A DNA stretch of 64,000 nt from Azolla caroliniana. Its lineage: Eukaryota; Plantae; Polypodiophyta. Positions 38,205-51,678 of the stretch are shown one piece after another (the first letter of the stretch is position 1; each line of letters begins with the position of its first letter). The translations under genes were made by a program, and so were the position numbers. The notes under the pieces were generated by a model. It had not been told where the DNA came from. It did no database searches and worked only from the letters and a program-made list of their open reading frames with translations. The DNA is taken from positions 27,156,001-27,220,000 of the forward strand of contig JBHGNT010000001.1 of the NCBI GenBank assembly GCA_043228905.1, read 5' to 3'.

Positions 38205-39673
38205 TTTTCATTCTTTCCCTTCTCACCAATACTTGGGAAAACGGCTCCCTTGTTAACTAATAAACAACTGCTGATCTCATGAACTTGTCGGTAGCTAATA
38301 TTTACAAAGGGAATACAATCCGGCACACATTTCCTACTATAATTCCGTTGACAATATTGTGGTATTTCCCATTATCCTGGGCTATTTCACAGATAAAACG
38401 GAGAATTGTTCAAACTGGTGAAACAATTATCCATGTTTCTCGTTCTTTACTTTCTAAATCTATAATCTAACCCTCATTTTTCTTCAGGCAAACATTGATT
38501 GCATTGAAATTCTCCATTTTTCTCATTTTTAATCTTCTCAGTTTATCATGTATTCCTTTTCCCGGAAATGGTTTTTACACAAAACTCCATTCTTCCCCCC
38601 CTCACCCGCTCTTTCTTTACCTTCTCATCTGGTCATCTGAATCCCCATTTCTTATCTGGATTCCTACACAAAAAATTCGCCATTTGATTAAATATAAATT
38701 ATTAAAATTCACCACTTGGATCATACATAAATCGAACCATTTGGATTACACATAAATCCTCCATTTTTTCTTTCCCTTCCCATTGGGATCTAGAGACGAT
38801 AACAGAAATGGGGTCTTCCAATATGTCGATCATCAATAGAATACCTCCACTCATTTGAAATTGCTAATGAAACAAATTCCTTACGTTCTCCATCTCGATT
38901 AACCCACGATTTGAAGTTCATCCTCTGCTGTTCTTCATTTTCATCACCTCTCTCTGTCTCCCTCTGTCTCTCTCTCGAAACTCTGTAGGGGGTAAGGAAG
39001 CCCCTTTACTTTGAGGAATTTACAAATGGAGCCCTTTTAGTTTTGTTATATTACAAGCCATGCCCTCCCTACCATACCTACATAGTGAGCCTTACTACGT
39101 GTGAACTTTCAAAAGAACTTCACTAGGGGGAGTGGTAAACATATACATATATATAAGGATAAAACTATTGTTATGGAGTTCAGCCAAGCAAGTTGTCTCC
39201 CCATAACACCTTTGCTATATACCACATACAAAGGGGATATACTCGGGGACCCTATCGTCAATCTCCCCATAACCACACAAGTTCCCGTAGTCGAAGAGAA
39301 TACATTTCTTGTTGGTAGTCATGCTCAACATACCCTGGTTGTCCACCCTGTTTGTTGGTAGTCCTGCTCAACATATATACCCTGTTTGTCCACAAGATAT
39401 TGCTTTTGGCAAATTTTTGTATATCAAGGCCTTCTTCATCTATTGCAGTTGAAGACACCAAACAGTCCATAATGCACATGTCATGATTGGCCACCTTGGA
39501 CAACCCCCATCTATCCTCTCCCATGACGAAACGACCATGTCCTTCATCTCCATGATCATTGAAAATATATTTGTATTGAATCTCCATACCATCAACACTC
39601 TGGTTTATCACAACAGCCATGCACCGGTTACACCACAATCATCTACCCAGTCATGATAGTCGGCTTCGACCCC

Positions 39674-40004
39674 CCCACCATCTTCACTCATCCTTATCAG
39701 AGAATAATTTATTCATTCAGTCCACATCAGTCATCTCGCCGATTAACATCTTGCCAATGTCAATGTCCACGAAAATCTTGTGTTAATAACAAAAAATTAG
39801 TCCAAAAGTTTCCTCACCCACTCCTAATAGTCGGCTAGGGAGGTCAAAGCCGACTATCATGAGTGGGTGAGGAAGCTTTTACACTAATTTTTTGTTGTTA
39901 ATACATGATTTGCGGGGACATTGGCAAGATGCTAATCGGCGAGATGGTTGATGTGGATTGAATGAAGAAATTTTTCTATGATAAGGATGAGTGAAGATGG
40001 TGGG
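39674..40004. repeat. Long imperfect inverted repeat (foldback), arms ~160 bp, 11-nt loop
   Basis: 39674-39836 is the reverse complement of 39848-40004, e.g. CCCACCATCTTCACTCATCCTTATCA / TGATAAGGATGAGTGAAGATGGTGGG and ATAGTCGGCT / AGCCGACTAT. Confidence 0.92.
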
Positions 40005-40049
40005 AGATTGTTATTAAATTTCTTGTGGTCTAGAAACGTTGAGGGTCAT

Positions 40050-41790
40050 GCTCGGTCCAAAAGTAAAATGGGATGTAATTACCTTACCTCATTCCAAAGG
40101 AGGAGGTTTAGGTATTATTGATCCAGTAGATTAGACCTGAGTGGTGTTAGCAAAATTGATTATTAGAGGATTTACTCTTGGTCAAGAGGTATAAGTTGTT
40201 CTTAATGCTTAATAGTTGTTTTGAAATTATTGTTGCTTAATTGTTGTTCTTTAATGCTCTCCTTGGTTAGGTGCACTTTGTTCAAAGGATATAAGTTGGA
40301 TATTTAGGGAAAATTTAAGAATATCATCATCTCATTTGTGGGAGGACAAATTTATTTGACCTATTTTTTTTGCATGGAAGCAAGTCTTACCTAGATTGTT
40401 CCGCCAATGATGAATATTTAAGACAATGGCTATTATCAAACCCATATTTTACAATATTAGATGGTTTAGTGTCAGGTTCTAGATAGTGATTGGCGTAGGG
40501 CAAAATAGTAGAATGTCTTGCAAACTTAATTAAACCTGGTAGGTTTTTTATCGCGTTCCTAGGAAGAACAAAATCATGTACTAGCCAAGATTCATGGAGA
40601 ACCAATAATGTATTTGAAAATTTGAAAATTCAGGAAGCTATGGATAGAGCCACCATACCATCCACTAGTTCTCACATTGGATGGATATGTATTTTTTCAA
40701 TGCTAGACGTACTCTTTGACTATAAAAGGATATTTCTAAGGTAAGACCTTTCATTTTTGGATGTGGATAATGCAAATCAATTGTCTCCGTTGCTGGAAGT
40801 GGCAATCGATTATCCTTATGTTATAGAACACAAAATAAGGGCAATAGGATACAATGATCACAATTTGTATATTGACCCACCGATAGAGAACATAAAATCA
40901 CATTTGACATCATGGGTGTTTGGTAAACAACCTTTGTTCTTATTGACATGGGACCCAACTAACTATCTATGGACATACCCATTTACTGATAATAACTTTT
41001 AGTTTTTATCAATATTGTGCAGTTAGGTAGACATATTTTGTTTGATTCACAATATGTTTTACCAACGACATTTCAATACTAGATCAACAAGGTATACCGT
41101 ATTACTCCAAAGTTTCTTGCTAGGTTTTGGGTAATCTATGGGAAAGAAAACAATCATGACAAAATGCTTCACATGTAGTGGTTATTGGTACATGAAGCCT
41201 TGGCTGTTGGCACATGGTTGGACAACATGGGTGTATCCTCTAATTTTGCTCGTTGTCATTTACAAGCTGAATCACATAAACGTTTTCTATGGGATTGCCT
41301 TACGTCACAATTGGTATGGAAACATCTCTTAAGAATATTTGCCAATTACTTTCCTCCGTCATTATTCACATGGGCCATGGTGGTTTGACATCACTTGTCC
41401 TCTTTGTATTTCATTATGATGTTGAGTTTATGGATCATGGTTTTAGCACTAATTCTGGAATAGTTCGTGTACTTCCCCTAGTGTCCATGTAGTTTTTAGG
41501 AAGAAGGAAGAAGATGCAACCATTATGGGAGTTATTGAGTTGTACCACTATATACTACATCGGGAAGGCACATTGCTCTCGCATTACATCAAGTTCGAGC
41601 CTCACCAGTTGAAATGGTATGTAATATATGGTTGGACACGAGCCATACTTTAAAATGACAATGGGATTGTCTTATCAGAGGTTCAGAAGCTAAAGTCGCC
41701 CAACGTCTCTAATGTCTTACTTTGTGGAAAGATACTCCAGTATTGTCCTTGAAAGATGGTAACCCTTTATGGCATTTCCATCTCGTCATT
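40050..41790 (+). mobile_element. Decayed L1/Tx1-type LINE fragment (post-RT and zf-RVT region)
   Basis: PKVKWDVITLPHSKGG-LGIIDP at ~40055-40125 and VHEALAVGTWL..CHLQAESHKRFLWDC..VWKHLLRIF at 41185-41340. Many stops and frameshifts. Same broad family as 10331-12060. Confidence 0.75.
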
Positions 41791-42088
41791 GCATGGCAAA
41801 GCTATCCCTATCTCATAAATGTCGATAACATTCAAGCCAATATATTTGCACCTAACTAATGGCATTCTAGCAATGAAAGGAATTACCCGGTGTTTGCCCA
41901 ATATGAGTTTGGAACACACACACTCACATCACCATACGCTTTTCATTTTCTCTTCGGGAGGTGCTGATTTGGGTCAAATGGTGAAGTGGAGGAGGAAACA
42001 TGGGTGGGCAATAAGACCATTGAACAACACTATCGAAATAAGGAAGAGTAAATGCTCTCTCGAGTCTCGAGCATGCCACACTGATGGG

Positions 42089-42300
42089 GTATGTATGCAT
42101 GGTATGGTATTGTATGACATGTATGTATGTCTGGTATGTATGCATGCATCATTGCATGTATATTATGTTATGGTATGTATGCATCTACGTATGTATGTAT
42201 GTATGTATATATGGCATGGGATGTATGCATATATGAAGTTATGGTATGGTATGTATGCATCTCAGTATGTATGGTATGGTATGTGTGTATGTATGCATGT
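42089..42300. repeat. (GTAT/GCAT/GGTAT)n low-complexity tract
   Basis: Directly visible; source of spurious ORFs. Confidence 0.9.
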
Positions 42301-43036
42301 ATTCCTGCAGAGTTTTTCTGTTTTTTTGCTTTGGCACAGAAAGCGCACAGTTATTAGGGTTTGCATTTTCTTTCTTGTTGACCTTCCTCAACACGTTCCC
42401 TTCAATCTTTTTTCTCAAGAAAAATCACAGGTTCCGTTCCCTTACACTTCTTCTTCCTCCTGCTCCAGACCTCGCTGGACTGCAAGCTAACGTCCCATTT
42501 TTCTTCTTCTCCTCCATCGCTCGAAATTTAGGGTTCCATTTCTTCTTCTTTTCGTTCTTCTGCAAGTGCGGAGCTACGTTTTTCTGATCCGATTCGCAAA
42601 GTTTCGTTTTCTGATCACGCCCAAGCGTCAAGGTATCAGCTGGCATTTTTTATTTTATTTCCTGAGCCGAGAAAATCCGATCAGATACAAGTGAAAGACA
42701 AGCCTTTCTTATCCGATCTGATCATCAAGGTAGACCAAATGCGCTCTTTTCTCCCCCCTTCAAAGCATCGAGTGATTAAATAATGCATTGTTTTTAATAT
42801 TAAATCCAAACATCAGGGGGAAACTATCAGATCTTTTCTGATTCCATTGAAGCATCAAGTTTTTTCTATTCAGATCGTTCCATCAAGTCGAGGGGGAAAA
42901 AAACAAGTTTTATTTTAAATCTGAAGAGTGAACAGAAATCTAGTAAACATCAAAGTGAGAGAAAGAAAGAAAAACCAGCGTTTTTTTGTCCAGTTTGTAT
43001 CCGTGTTCTTAGCAAAAGAAAAAGAAGAAGAAAGAA

Positions 43037-43594
43037 ATGGTGAGAAGATACACACAGGAGCACACATTCCTTCATCCATGGGAGAGAGTGACCTCTGCGT
43101 GCTGGAGAAAATACACAGATCCAGAAAACACCTCTCGCCTCTCGCACATCCTTGAGGTTGACACGTTACAGAGATGCCTCGATCCTAATGGAAAGCTCTT
43201 TACGAAACGTGCCATTACTGTCAATGCCCCGGGACCTTGGTGGTTCCAAAAGATTGTTGGAGAAACAGTTTGTCATTGCATCGAAGAGTCGAGTGTTGAT
43301 GCGAGCCAGAAAGCCATGGAGATGGTCACTAGAAATGTTACTCTCAAGGACTTTGTCTCTGTCGAAGAGAAATGCTGGTATTCCCCTCATCCCGAGAATG
43401 ACAACTGGACCGTGCTGAAACAAGAGACGAGTATCAGTTGCCATACTCTGTCTGGTTTGGCGTCTATGGCTGAAAAGATTGAGCAAAGATGTGTTGAGAA
43501 GTTTCAACAGAACAGTGCGAAAGGACGAGAGGTTATGGAACATGTGTGCTCTTATCTTGAAGCTGAAGCTAATGGCATTGGTGTGAAAGTCTGA
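43037..43594 (+). CDS. PRELI/MSF1 (Ups/slowmo-like) mitochondrial intermembrane-space lipid-transfer protein, 185 aa
   Basis: MVRRYTQEHTFLHPWERVTSACWRKYTDPEN..SHILEVDTL..MAEKIEQRCVEKFQQNSAKGREVME carries the PRELI family signature. Single coding exon; probable 5'-UTR intron(s) within 42633-42873. Confidence 0.93.
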   Translation: MVRRYTQEHTFLHPWERVTSACWRKYTDPENTSRLSHILEVDTLQRCLDPNGKLFTKRAITVNAPGPWWFQKIVGETVCHCIEESSVDASQKAMEMVTRNVTLKDFVSVEEKCWYSPHPENDNWTVLKQETSISCHTLSGLASMAEKIEQRCVEKFQQNSAKGREVMEHVCSYLEAEANGIGVKV

Positions 43595-46446
43595 GTAAAG
43601 AAACATGATGGTCTCCTGTTTGAAAGGCAAGATTATTCCATTCCATTTCTCCATCTTTATTTAATGTTTGCGTGATATTGTCTTCTTTCTGTCTGTGAGG
43701 CAATGTCCTGAGGGAGGTTCCAAGTGAAAGACAATGTGGAGGATAATGAATGGTTAAGAGTGAAAGGTTATTCCTTTCATTGTTATGTACATTTTTAATT
43801 TGCTATTTTTGTCCTCCTGATTGTGCAAATATATCATCACCATGAAGAAGGGTTTCAGTGGTCCTAGTGAAAGATAATGTCCAGAGGATCAATAATTGAT
43901 ATTGCCTATTAAAATTTTGAAATTACCTCAGTAATGAGTTATGAATCAACTGGATCAGTATATGCTAAAATGAGAGTGATTAAACAATCAAACACTATAT
44001 GGGGTTAACAGAAGCTCGAAGCTAGGATAATGGTATTGAGAAAAATGTAGCAAAGATAAACTGTAGCACTATATTTTATCACAAACTATTGCTAAGAATT
44101 AATCTATAAGTAATGAGCTATCACCTCTGGTAAGCAAGAAAAAAGTCTTCAATCTATGCTATCCAGCTTACACATCAATAGTAAAGCCAATACTACATAG
44201 CTTTCCTATAGAAAAGCAAAGGATATTATGAAGGATAATGAATGCATCAATAGCACATTCTATTCAATGTCTTTAACAAGTTGTTGGGAAATACGTTTTT
44301 GTTTGCTTGATTCTCATAAGGTCACGATAATCATGTGTAGCGCAGATTCTATAGAACAATGAAATATTTTCTATGCGTGTTTTTTGTTAGTGCAGAAATG
44401 TTCCTCCTGAACAAATTGTCACAAGGTAGAAGTATTTTTTTCCTGTGATGATTTTGTGAAAGGAAATGTAATCAATAGCAGATCGTACGAGAAATGTAAC
44501 TGCTAGATATTGTTGATACAAAATTGCTCTGACAATGTGGATGTAAAAAGTGTATTTTCATATTGGGTCCTCATAGAGATATGGATACTTGTCTTTCTGA
44601 AGCATTATTTCATCGAGTTTTTCTCCTTTCCATCAGAGTTTTCTAATTATGTAGAAATTTTTATGTGATCCAGGGAATATGGCACATTACTCATAATTAG
44701 TCATCGTGATGGGAAGCTAGCCAGGACATGAGCTTATTGGACCCATTGAATTCTTTACAATAACAGTTTTGACAAAATCAGGTCATTAATAACTTTCCAG
44801 TTTTTGACAATGTATTTTTTCTTTGTTTTCCTGAAATTCATAAAAGAGAAACAGTCTGAACATTGACCTTCCCTTATGGATTGGATAATGTTCACAATTT
44901 TTGAATAGTGTATTGATCGTGTCCAGAATCTCTGCATAAATAGAGGTTTGTGTACCTCCTTGTTCCACTGTAAAGGATCTGAAAAGTGATCTGGGTATTC
45001 ATGCCTACATTACAACTTGAATGATTTTATAATGAAAGTGAATTGAGCCACATAATTGATTCATTACTGATTTATTTGTTGTTTAATCCAGTGGTATTAG
45101 TGAGTCTGATGATTTATAAACATGCACTAATTTAACTTGTAAAGGATATTACTAGAAATAAAACAAGCCTTTAATGTTCATGTTATTAATAATATCAGTA
45201 TAGATGATGTTATGATAACTATCATTCCGTTCATAAGATCATGGAGATAATCTTCTCAGATATATACAAAATGTTCATAATTAGAACAAGAGCCCAATGT
45301 ATCTGTTGGACATGATAATGTTTGAAGTTCTAGTTTAAGAGCAATCTATTTGCTTGTAATCCTGCTAATTAAATTTCTTCTTATGAAAATAAAAAATAAA
45401 GCTTCGAATTCATCACTACAAAACGTCTTTGAAAATCGTGATTCTATTATAAAAATAAAGTTTATCATGAGAAGACATTTTATATGCAAGGTCAATAATG
45501 ACATAAAGAATGCAAAACTAGCATTAGGATAGCATTGAAAGCCTTGAGTCTACATCAACTTGATTGTTGGGGTGTTTAAAACATGGGAGCATGCTTCTTT
45601 GTTTTGAATGATGATGAATATTTCATTTGTGAATTAAAATCGTTAATTCTTTTTTATTGGTTTATTAAATTGGCCATATCTTTGGATGGATGTGTCTTAT
45701 CTTGAAGATTTTGCATGGTTTTACAGGAGTAATTATGTATCGGGCAAGGCATTGTGAAGATACTTGTTTGATTTGGTTGGGTGGTTTTGATCAATCTTCT
45801 GTCTATACATGGTTATTCAACCTCCGTACATTTGAGATGCACTAATAGAGAGGAATGCTTGTGTCTCAAGAATCTATTTGGGTATATCTACACAAATTTC
45901 TTTCTTTGCATATGCTTTCACTTGCACTAATGCCAACGTGATTTTCACTTCATATATATTTATAGCATATCTGACATTTTGCACAATGCCACACGATATC
46001 TAGAAGTTTCTCAAACTAAGTACATTTACCATGAACGACATTGTGTCCCTCTGCCCACAGTGATTATCATTTTGAATCACAATTCCATTGCTGAGTAAGA
46101 CACACACACACACACACATGTATACACATCTACACTGGCAATGGCACACCTCTCTTTACCTCCAAGGAGACACACTCATCCACATTGCCCGTAAGGATAT
46201 GTCAATGGTTATTCTGAAGTTCAAGTGAATAGTTATTATCTCTCGGGAATTTTGAACAAGTAGAATATATTGCTCAAACTTCAATGAAAATCATCAAGTG
46301 ATGAGTTCAAAGAATCTTTGATGTACAATTAAAAAAGGGGAAACAATAGAAAACCCCTTAGCTTTACCATAATTCCCCTACATTCCCAAAACTTATGGTA
46401 CTACCCCTATGTACTACATTTTGTACTATGTAAGAGTAGTTTGGTT

Positions 46447-46727
46447 CATAGTACGTAAAATTCGTGTTCGTCTAGTATAACTATCGTTTTCCTACGTTGG
46501 AAAACGAATGCGAATGTTATCCAAACATTCTTGTGTGTGTGTGTGTGTTTTGTTTTTTTCCCATTTTTTTAATGTTTTTTTTTTCATTTTTAGGCTTATC
46601 TACCTCATAATAAATAGTTAATCCAAAAATATGATATTTATCATTCTTTGAGGGTGTTTTTCTTTCGCGAATGATTAAATCATTCGCGAATGCGAATGCA
46701 CGTATGGTACGTATGGTTCTTACTATG
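46447..46727. mobile_element. 281-bp hAT-type MITE, copy 2 (inverted relative to copy 1)
   Basis: TIR CATAGTA...TACTATG. Perfect 8-bp TSD GTTTGGTT at 46439-46446 and 46728-46735. Confidence 0.92.
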
Positions 46728-48587
46728 GTTTGGTTAACGCTCTAGAAGACAAGCGTATTACGGTCATTGTGTGAGAAGCTACACGCAAATTGGTGATTTT
46801 CTCAATGAAAATAACACTACAAAACAAAAGTATTGAAATGGAAATGGGCACTTTCAAAAAGGTCATATAAATTATGGCATGTGTCTATTTTTGTATGATT
46901 CCATTTTGAATGTGGGGATACCCCAAGGTGATTTTGCGAGCAAATCAGTGAATTGAGTTGGCAAACTTTCATAAAACATTTGTATTGGGTGTTATTGTAA
47001 TTTGAATTTGTCCATAAAAAGAGAATTAAAAAGCATGTCACTTTACGTTACCTTAGTCATATTCCATGAAGGATATTCTTGGTGAAAATAAGAAAATTGG
47101 AGATTTTTGGTAATGGAGCTCGAATTATTCCACCTTTTTGCTCTCTAGTCTTGACTCTCAACCCTATGTCAAAGAACATGTGTTGTTCTCCCAATATTGC
47201 CTTATTGCTAAAAGTGTATTGATATGTGTATATTGTCATAACATGAACCTGCAAAAGGGTGACAATGTGGTTGGAACGTGGGTCATGGGAAAACCAAGAA
47301 AAAGTCCTTCCTCTTTGTTCACCATGATATAGTAGGGAAATGTTGTGATACAAGCATTGCTAGGAATTGAGGCTAATGAAAGTCATATAGGATTCACCTA
47401 ATTCTCAATCAACAATTTAGATTGCAGCCTTGTTGATAGACAACATAAAAGTTGATAGATAGTCTAGGTTGCTTGAAAATCTTCATCGAATCGATTTTGA
47501 TTTGCACTTTGCAAGGTGTTCTTAATAAATTGGAGGTCATGTTGATGCTTGATTGTTAATGTCTTGAGGTTTAGCATGCTTGAGAAGTAAGGAGTGTAGT
47601 TGGAAATGAAAAAATGAACTTGCTTTAAAGAGAAGTGTCAGAAATATGGAAATTCATCAGTGTATTGATAAATGTTAGAAATAAGCTCACAATAGGTTTA
47701 GGGGTAGGATTGAGTGAGCATTTTAAATATCATTTTTGGTTATTAAGAAGGGGTTTTCTTGTTCAAGCATTGTTTACAAGGTGTATATAAGAATAACATA
47801 AATACAGAAAATTAGCTGCGGGACAAGTTTGTAATAATCCTCTTACAAAACCAAAGTAGTTGAATGTCAATAAACCTAAGCACACTCAAGATATTGCTTT
47901 TTGGTTGGCTTATAAAGATGTTATTACTCACATTCCCCTTTAAAGTAAACAATACTTGTATATGAACTTTAGCATGTCAAAAATAAAAGAAAAAATATGT
48001 GGTCCACTTCAAATAACATCGTCTAGCATAGAAAATAACCATGAGGTAGCATTCTCCTTCAAAGAACAAAAGATGTTTGGGTTGTTAAACAAAATGTGTT
48101 ATTCTTATAATTGAAAATAACAAAATATTGTTGATGATCTATACTTTCACATCAGAATGATCGACATCGGTGATATGCATGAATGCTCACATTATATGCT
48201 ACTTACGAGTATTAGGTAAGGTGTCAGGGAGAGTTACGAAGGTAGAGAATCTATTTGAATGCCTTCAAGTATTTCGATTTGGGTACATGTAAATTGTAAG
48301 GTTGTAACCGTTAAAGCCAAAGTGGGCTATACCCTCATTTTTGTGAGTTTAAAGCTCCATATCGCGGATACACTAGTAAAGTGAAGCATAATTCAAGGCG
48401 AGCCAAACATTCACTTTCATTATTTCTAGAAAAATAAATAATTTGAAAGGCTCGCAAAATAGGTGGGGACAAGATTGCATCCCATGCTTTGTGGTTTCTT
48501 TGTCTCTTTCTTCAATTGCATGCGAGGCAAGTGAAATGTTGGATGGATATCCAAAAGCAAAAGATTGGGTTATAGATGGACATAATA

Positions 48588-49210
48588 TATAAAGCAAAGG
48601 GTTGAACGACACAATACATTTGAGTTGTTCATCATGCCCCAAGAGATTCCTTAGAGAATGAGGCGTTGTTTCAATTCTTATTGTCACATCTTGAGAAATA
48701 TATAGAGGCTGATACACCACATGCCATACTTACATATAATGCACAAAACTTGAAAGCCATCTACTTCCCTAAATAGATGAACTTCACTCGCCCGTATAAA
48801 GCAAAGGGTTGGACTACACAATACATTTGAGTTGTTCATCATGCCCCAAGAGATTCCTTAGAGAATGAGGCGTTGTTTCAATTCTTATTGTCACATCTTG
48901 AGAAATATATAGAGGCTGATACACCACATGCCATACTTACATATAATGCACAAAACTTGAAAGCCATCTACTTCCCTAAATAGATGAACTTCACTCGCCC
49001 GTATAAAGCAAAGGGTTGGACTACACAATACATTTGAGTTGTTCATCATGCCCCAAGAGATTCCTTAGAGAATGAGGCGTTGTTTCAATTCTTATTGTCA
49101 CATCTTGAGAAATATATAGAGGCTGATACACCACATGCCATACTTACATATAATGCACAAAACTTGAAAGCCATCTACTTCCCTAAATAGATGAACTTCA
49201 CTCACCCGTA
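48588..49210. repeat. Three near-identical 207-bp tandem units
   Basis: Units start TATAAAGCAAAGGGTTG at 48588, 48795 and 49002. Only about three substitutions seen by eye. Confidence 0.95.
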
Positions 49211-50615
49211 CATAATACGACTCATCCCTTTGTTTGGCATCCAAGTCATTATCATTCATATAACTTTTCTCACTTGCTCTTCAAGTACTCGTGATAAGAC
49301 TGAATGACTACATATTCGTGAACGTGTTCATGAGCTCGAGTACCACACTCTATTGCAATGCTTAAGCTTTGACTAGGTTCACAATATCTTGTCAACACAT
49401 TTTCAATGGTGACCTATTAGTCTAGGGATTAAATGGTAGTTACGAAAGTAAAATCCTTAAACATCAAGAGTTCTCAAATGTAAAAATGTTCCACGTTAGT
49501 CCCATTAGTCTTATTTGGCATCCAAAAGCGATAGTACTGTAAGTTCAACAAAACAATGAACCAAAAACTGAAAGTTACCTAATCATCATTTGGAAACTTA
49601 TATCCCAAAAACCATTTGTATATAAATGTCCATACTTTGGGACTTCGAAGACAATGGAGACAATAGAATCAATTTGGGGTTTCTACAAAGTAAGGTTTGC
49701 AAGGTTGTCAAAGTTTGTGGAAACATTTTTATGGGTTTCCAACCTTTTTGTTAGTCCATCTAATTTTGTTTCACATCTCTTTGCTAAGGATCATGTGAGG
49801 AGGGGAACAAAGCGTAACATGTGTTTGTTTGCAAATTGCACGAATGAAATGCATATAAAGATTGGTGATGATCATAACAAACACAACATTATTGAGGATG
49901 TGAAAACAATTTAGGATGAAAATTAGATTAAGGTCGTATTAGGGGGGAGTAGGAGACTTTCTTTACGATGGTACAAAAGAGAATCGAAAATTGTGGACTA
50001 GTAAAGGGGAGAAGGAGAGAGCATTTTATATGGAGCTCTTTCTTAGGGCTTAAGTGAGAGTGACAGTTTTGACCTACACAATGAAATGGTTCATAGTATT
50101 GAACTACATAAAAGAATATTGAAAATATTGTGCTAATTTCGAAGTGGGGCTTCAACGATATGAAAAAGGGCTTTACAAGGAGGGGGGGAATGGTTTAGAG
50201 GGGTAAAAAAGAGTTTGGTGAGCCTATAAAAGGGCAAGGGAGAAGAACAATATTAGAGACAAAACATCGGGAAACTATGTATACAAACATAGGGACAATA
50301 TGATTCAACGATAATGAAGGGCATCTGATGTGACTCTAAATGGGTAACAATAGCCAAGTACACTTGTCAATCAAGAAATGGGCTATATAACAGTGATGTG
50401 AGTGGCGTGATCGCCGAGAGACCAAGAGATATGATGAAAGGAGCGTCGCGATGTTTGTAAAATGTCGATTATTTACTACGGAGAACATGAAAAAAAACAC
50501 TTCCTAAGAATACTCTATAGCCCAAAAAAGTAGTCTTGAAGTCAGTGAAGTTGATTCAATTTGGGATTTCGGGTGAATGAGAGAGATAGATAGATAGAGA
50601 TAGATAGATAGATAG

Positions 50616-50658
50616 ATTATATTATCGTCTTCGGAGATCAAATATGACCTATGAGACC

Positions 50659-50661
<3 letters not shown>
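50616..50661 (-). mobile_element. 46-bp extreme 3'-end fragment of the RTE family, embedded in (GATA)n/(GA)n
   Basis: 42/46 identical to 9237-9282. Flanked by (GATA)n on the left and (GA)n on the right. Confidence 0.8.
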
Positions 50662-50716
<55 letters not shown>

Positions 50717-51268
50717 AGAAGCATATAGACAACAATTTGTCCTACGAGAACAAAACCTAGAATGGAAAGTGGATTACAATGGGGGGGAATGAGCATTATT
50801 AGAATGAGATTCTAAAAAAACTCTTAAAAGAAAGATCAATTGAATATTGGGTTAGAACTTAGAATCAATCACTCTACCCTCTCATTATTTTGCAAAGAGG
50901 TTGACCTGACCCTAGGGGTGGTGGGGTAGGCATAATATATAACATACCCCATCATGGTCAAGACAACAAACACTTGACTTCAGGCACACAAAAAAAAAGT
51001 GTATGTGGGGCTCTCCCATTCTTCCACCAATGGATTATGGCCACCAATTTTACCTTCTTTCACCAATGGTCATCCAAAAGGAAAGTTTTGTCTAGTTGAC
51101 CCATGGGTTTCCATCAATTTGATGGCTTACTTTTGCTACAGAGATATATTGATTAATGCAAAACATTAGAAAGATAGATATGCATACATATATCATTATA
51201 TGTAATATTTTTTTTTTATATATGTCTTAAGCTAAGAATGGAAGGAAAATGCATGGTAATGGGATTAG

Positions 51269-51390
51269 AACTTTTGATCAATGCAAACATTAGACACAGA
51301 ACATTATAATTCAATCCCTTCTCTCACACAACTTTTGATCAATGCAAACATTTAGTAGTCTGACATATAATTCAATCCTTTCATCTCACA
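51269..51390. repeat. Two-copy ~62 bp tandem duplication downstream of the coiled-coil gene
   Basis: AACTTTTGATCAATGCAAACATT..ATAATTCAATCC.TT..TCTCACA at 51269 and 51331. Confidence 0.85.
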
Positions 51391-51678
51391 GCTTAAATCA
51401 TGTGTGTTTTTTCCATTTTATGTACAAAATCAGAGAAGAAGCTCAACTAAGTTTTTAGTTAAAACTAATGTGTTATGGTGTAATGAAGCCAAAAACCATA
51501 GCCATGATCAGAAATGGCAGTGTCTCATGCCTTAAAACAAACCAATAAGATGATGATTATGAAGAAGAAACAGGAGCAGAAGCAGAAAATTTTCTCAGGC
51601 CAAAATTGGTATGTAGAATAGAAAGAGAAATTGCTTTTTTTGGGGGGATGGAGGGGGGGAGTTTTCCCATAGCTATGA

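Noticed and set aside
42294-42345. Peptide LQSFSVFLLW upstream of PRELI, resembling the S1-bZIP sucrose-responsive uORF (QSFSVVFLYW)
   Set aside because: Short match in U-rich sequence next to a microsatellite. It lacks the rest of the conserved peptide, and the downstream gene is not a bZIP.
44445-44534. GTGATGA...CTGA pair spaced like a C/D snoRNA
   Set aside because: Only a minimal terminal stem and no rRNA/snRNA antisense element that I can recognise.
48588-49210. Tandem array considered as CRISPR-like
   Set aside because: Units are contiguous and near-identical with no unique spacers, in a eukaryotic context with no cas genes.
47400-49900. Possible decayed hAT transposase on the minus strand around the 207-bp array
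   Set aside because: Only faint motif resemblance and no TIR/TSD found; would need a translated HMM search.
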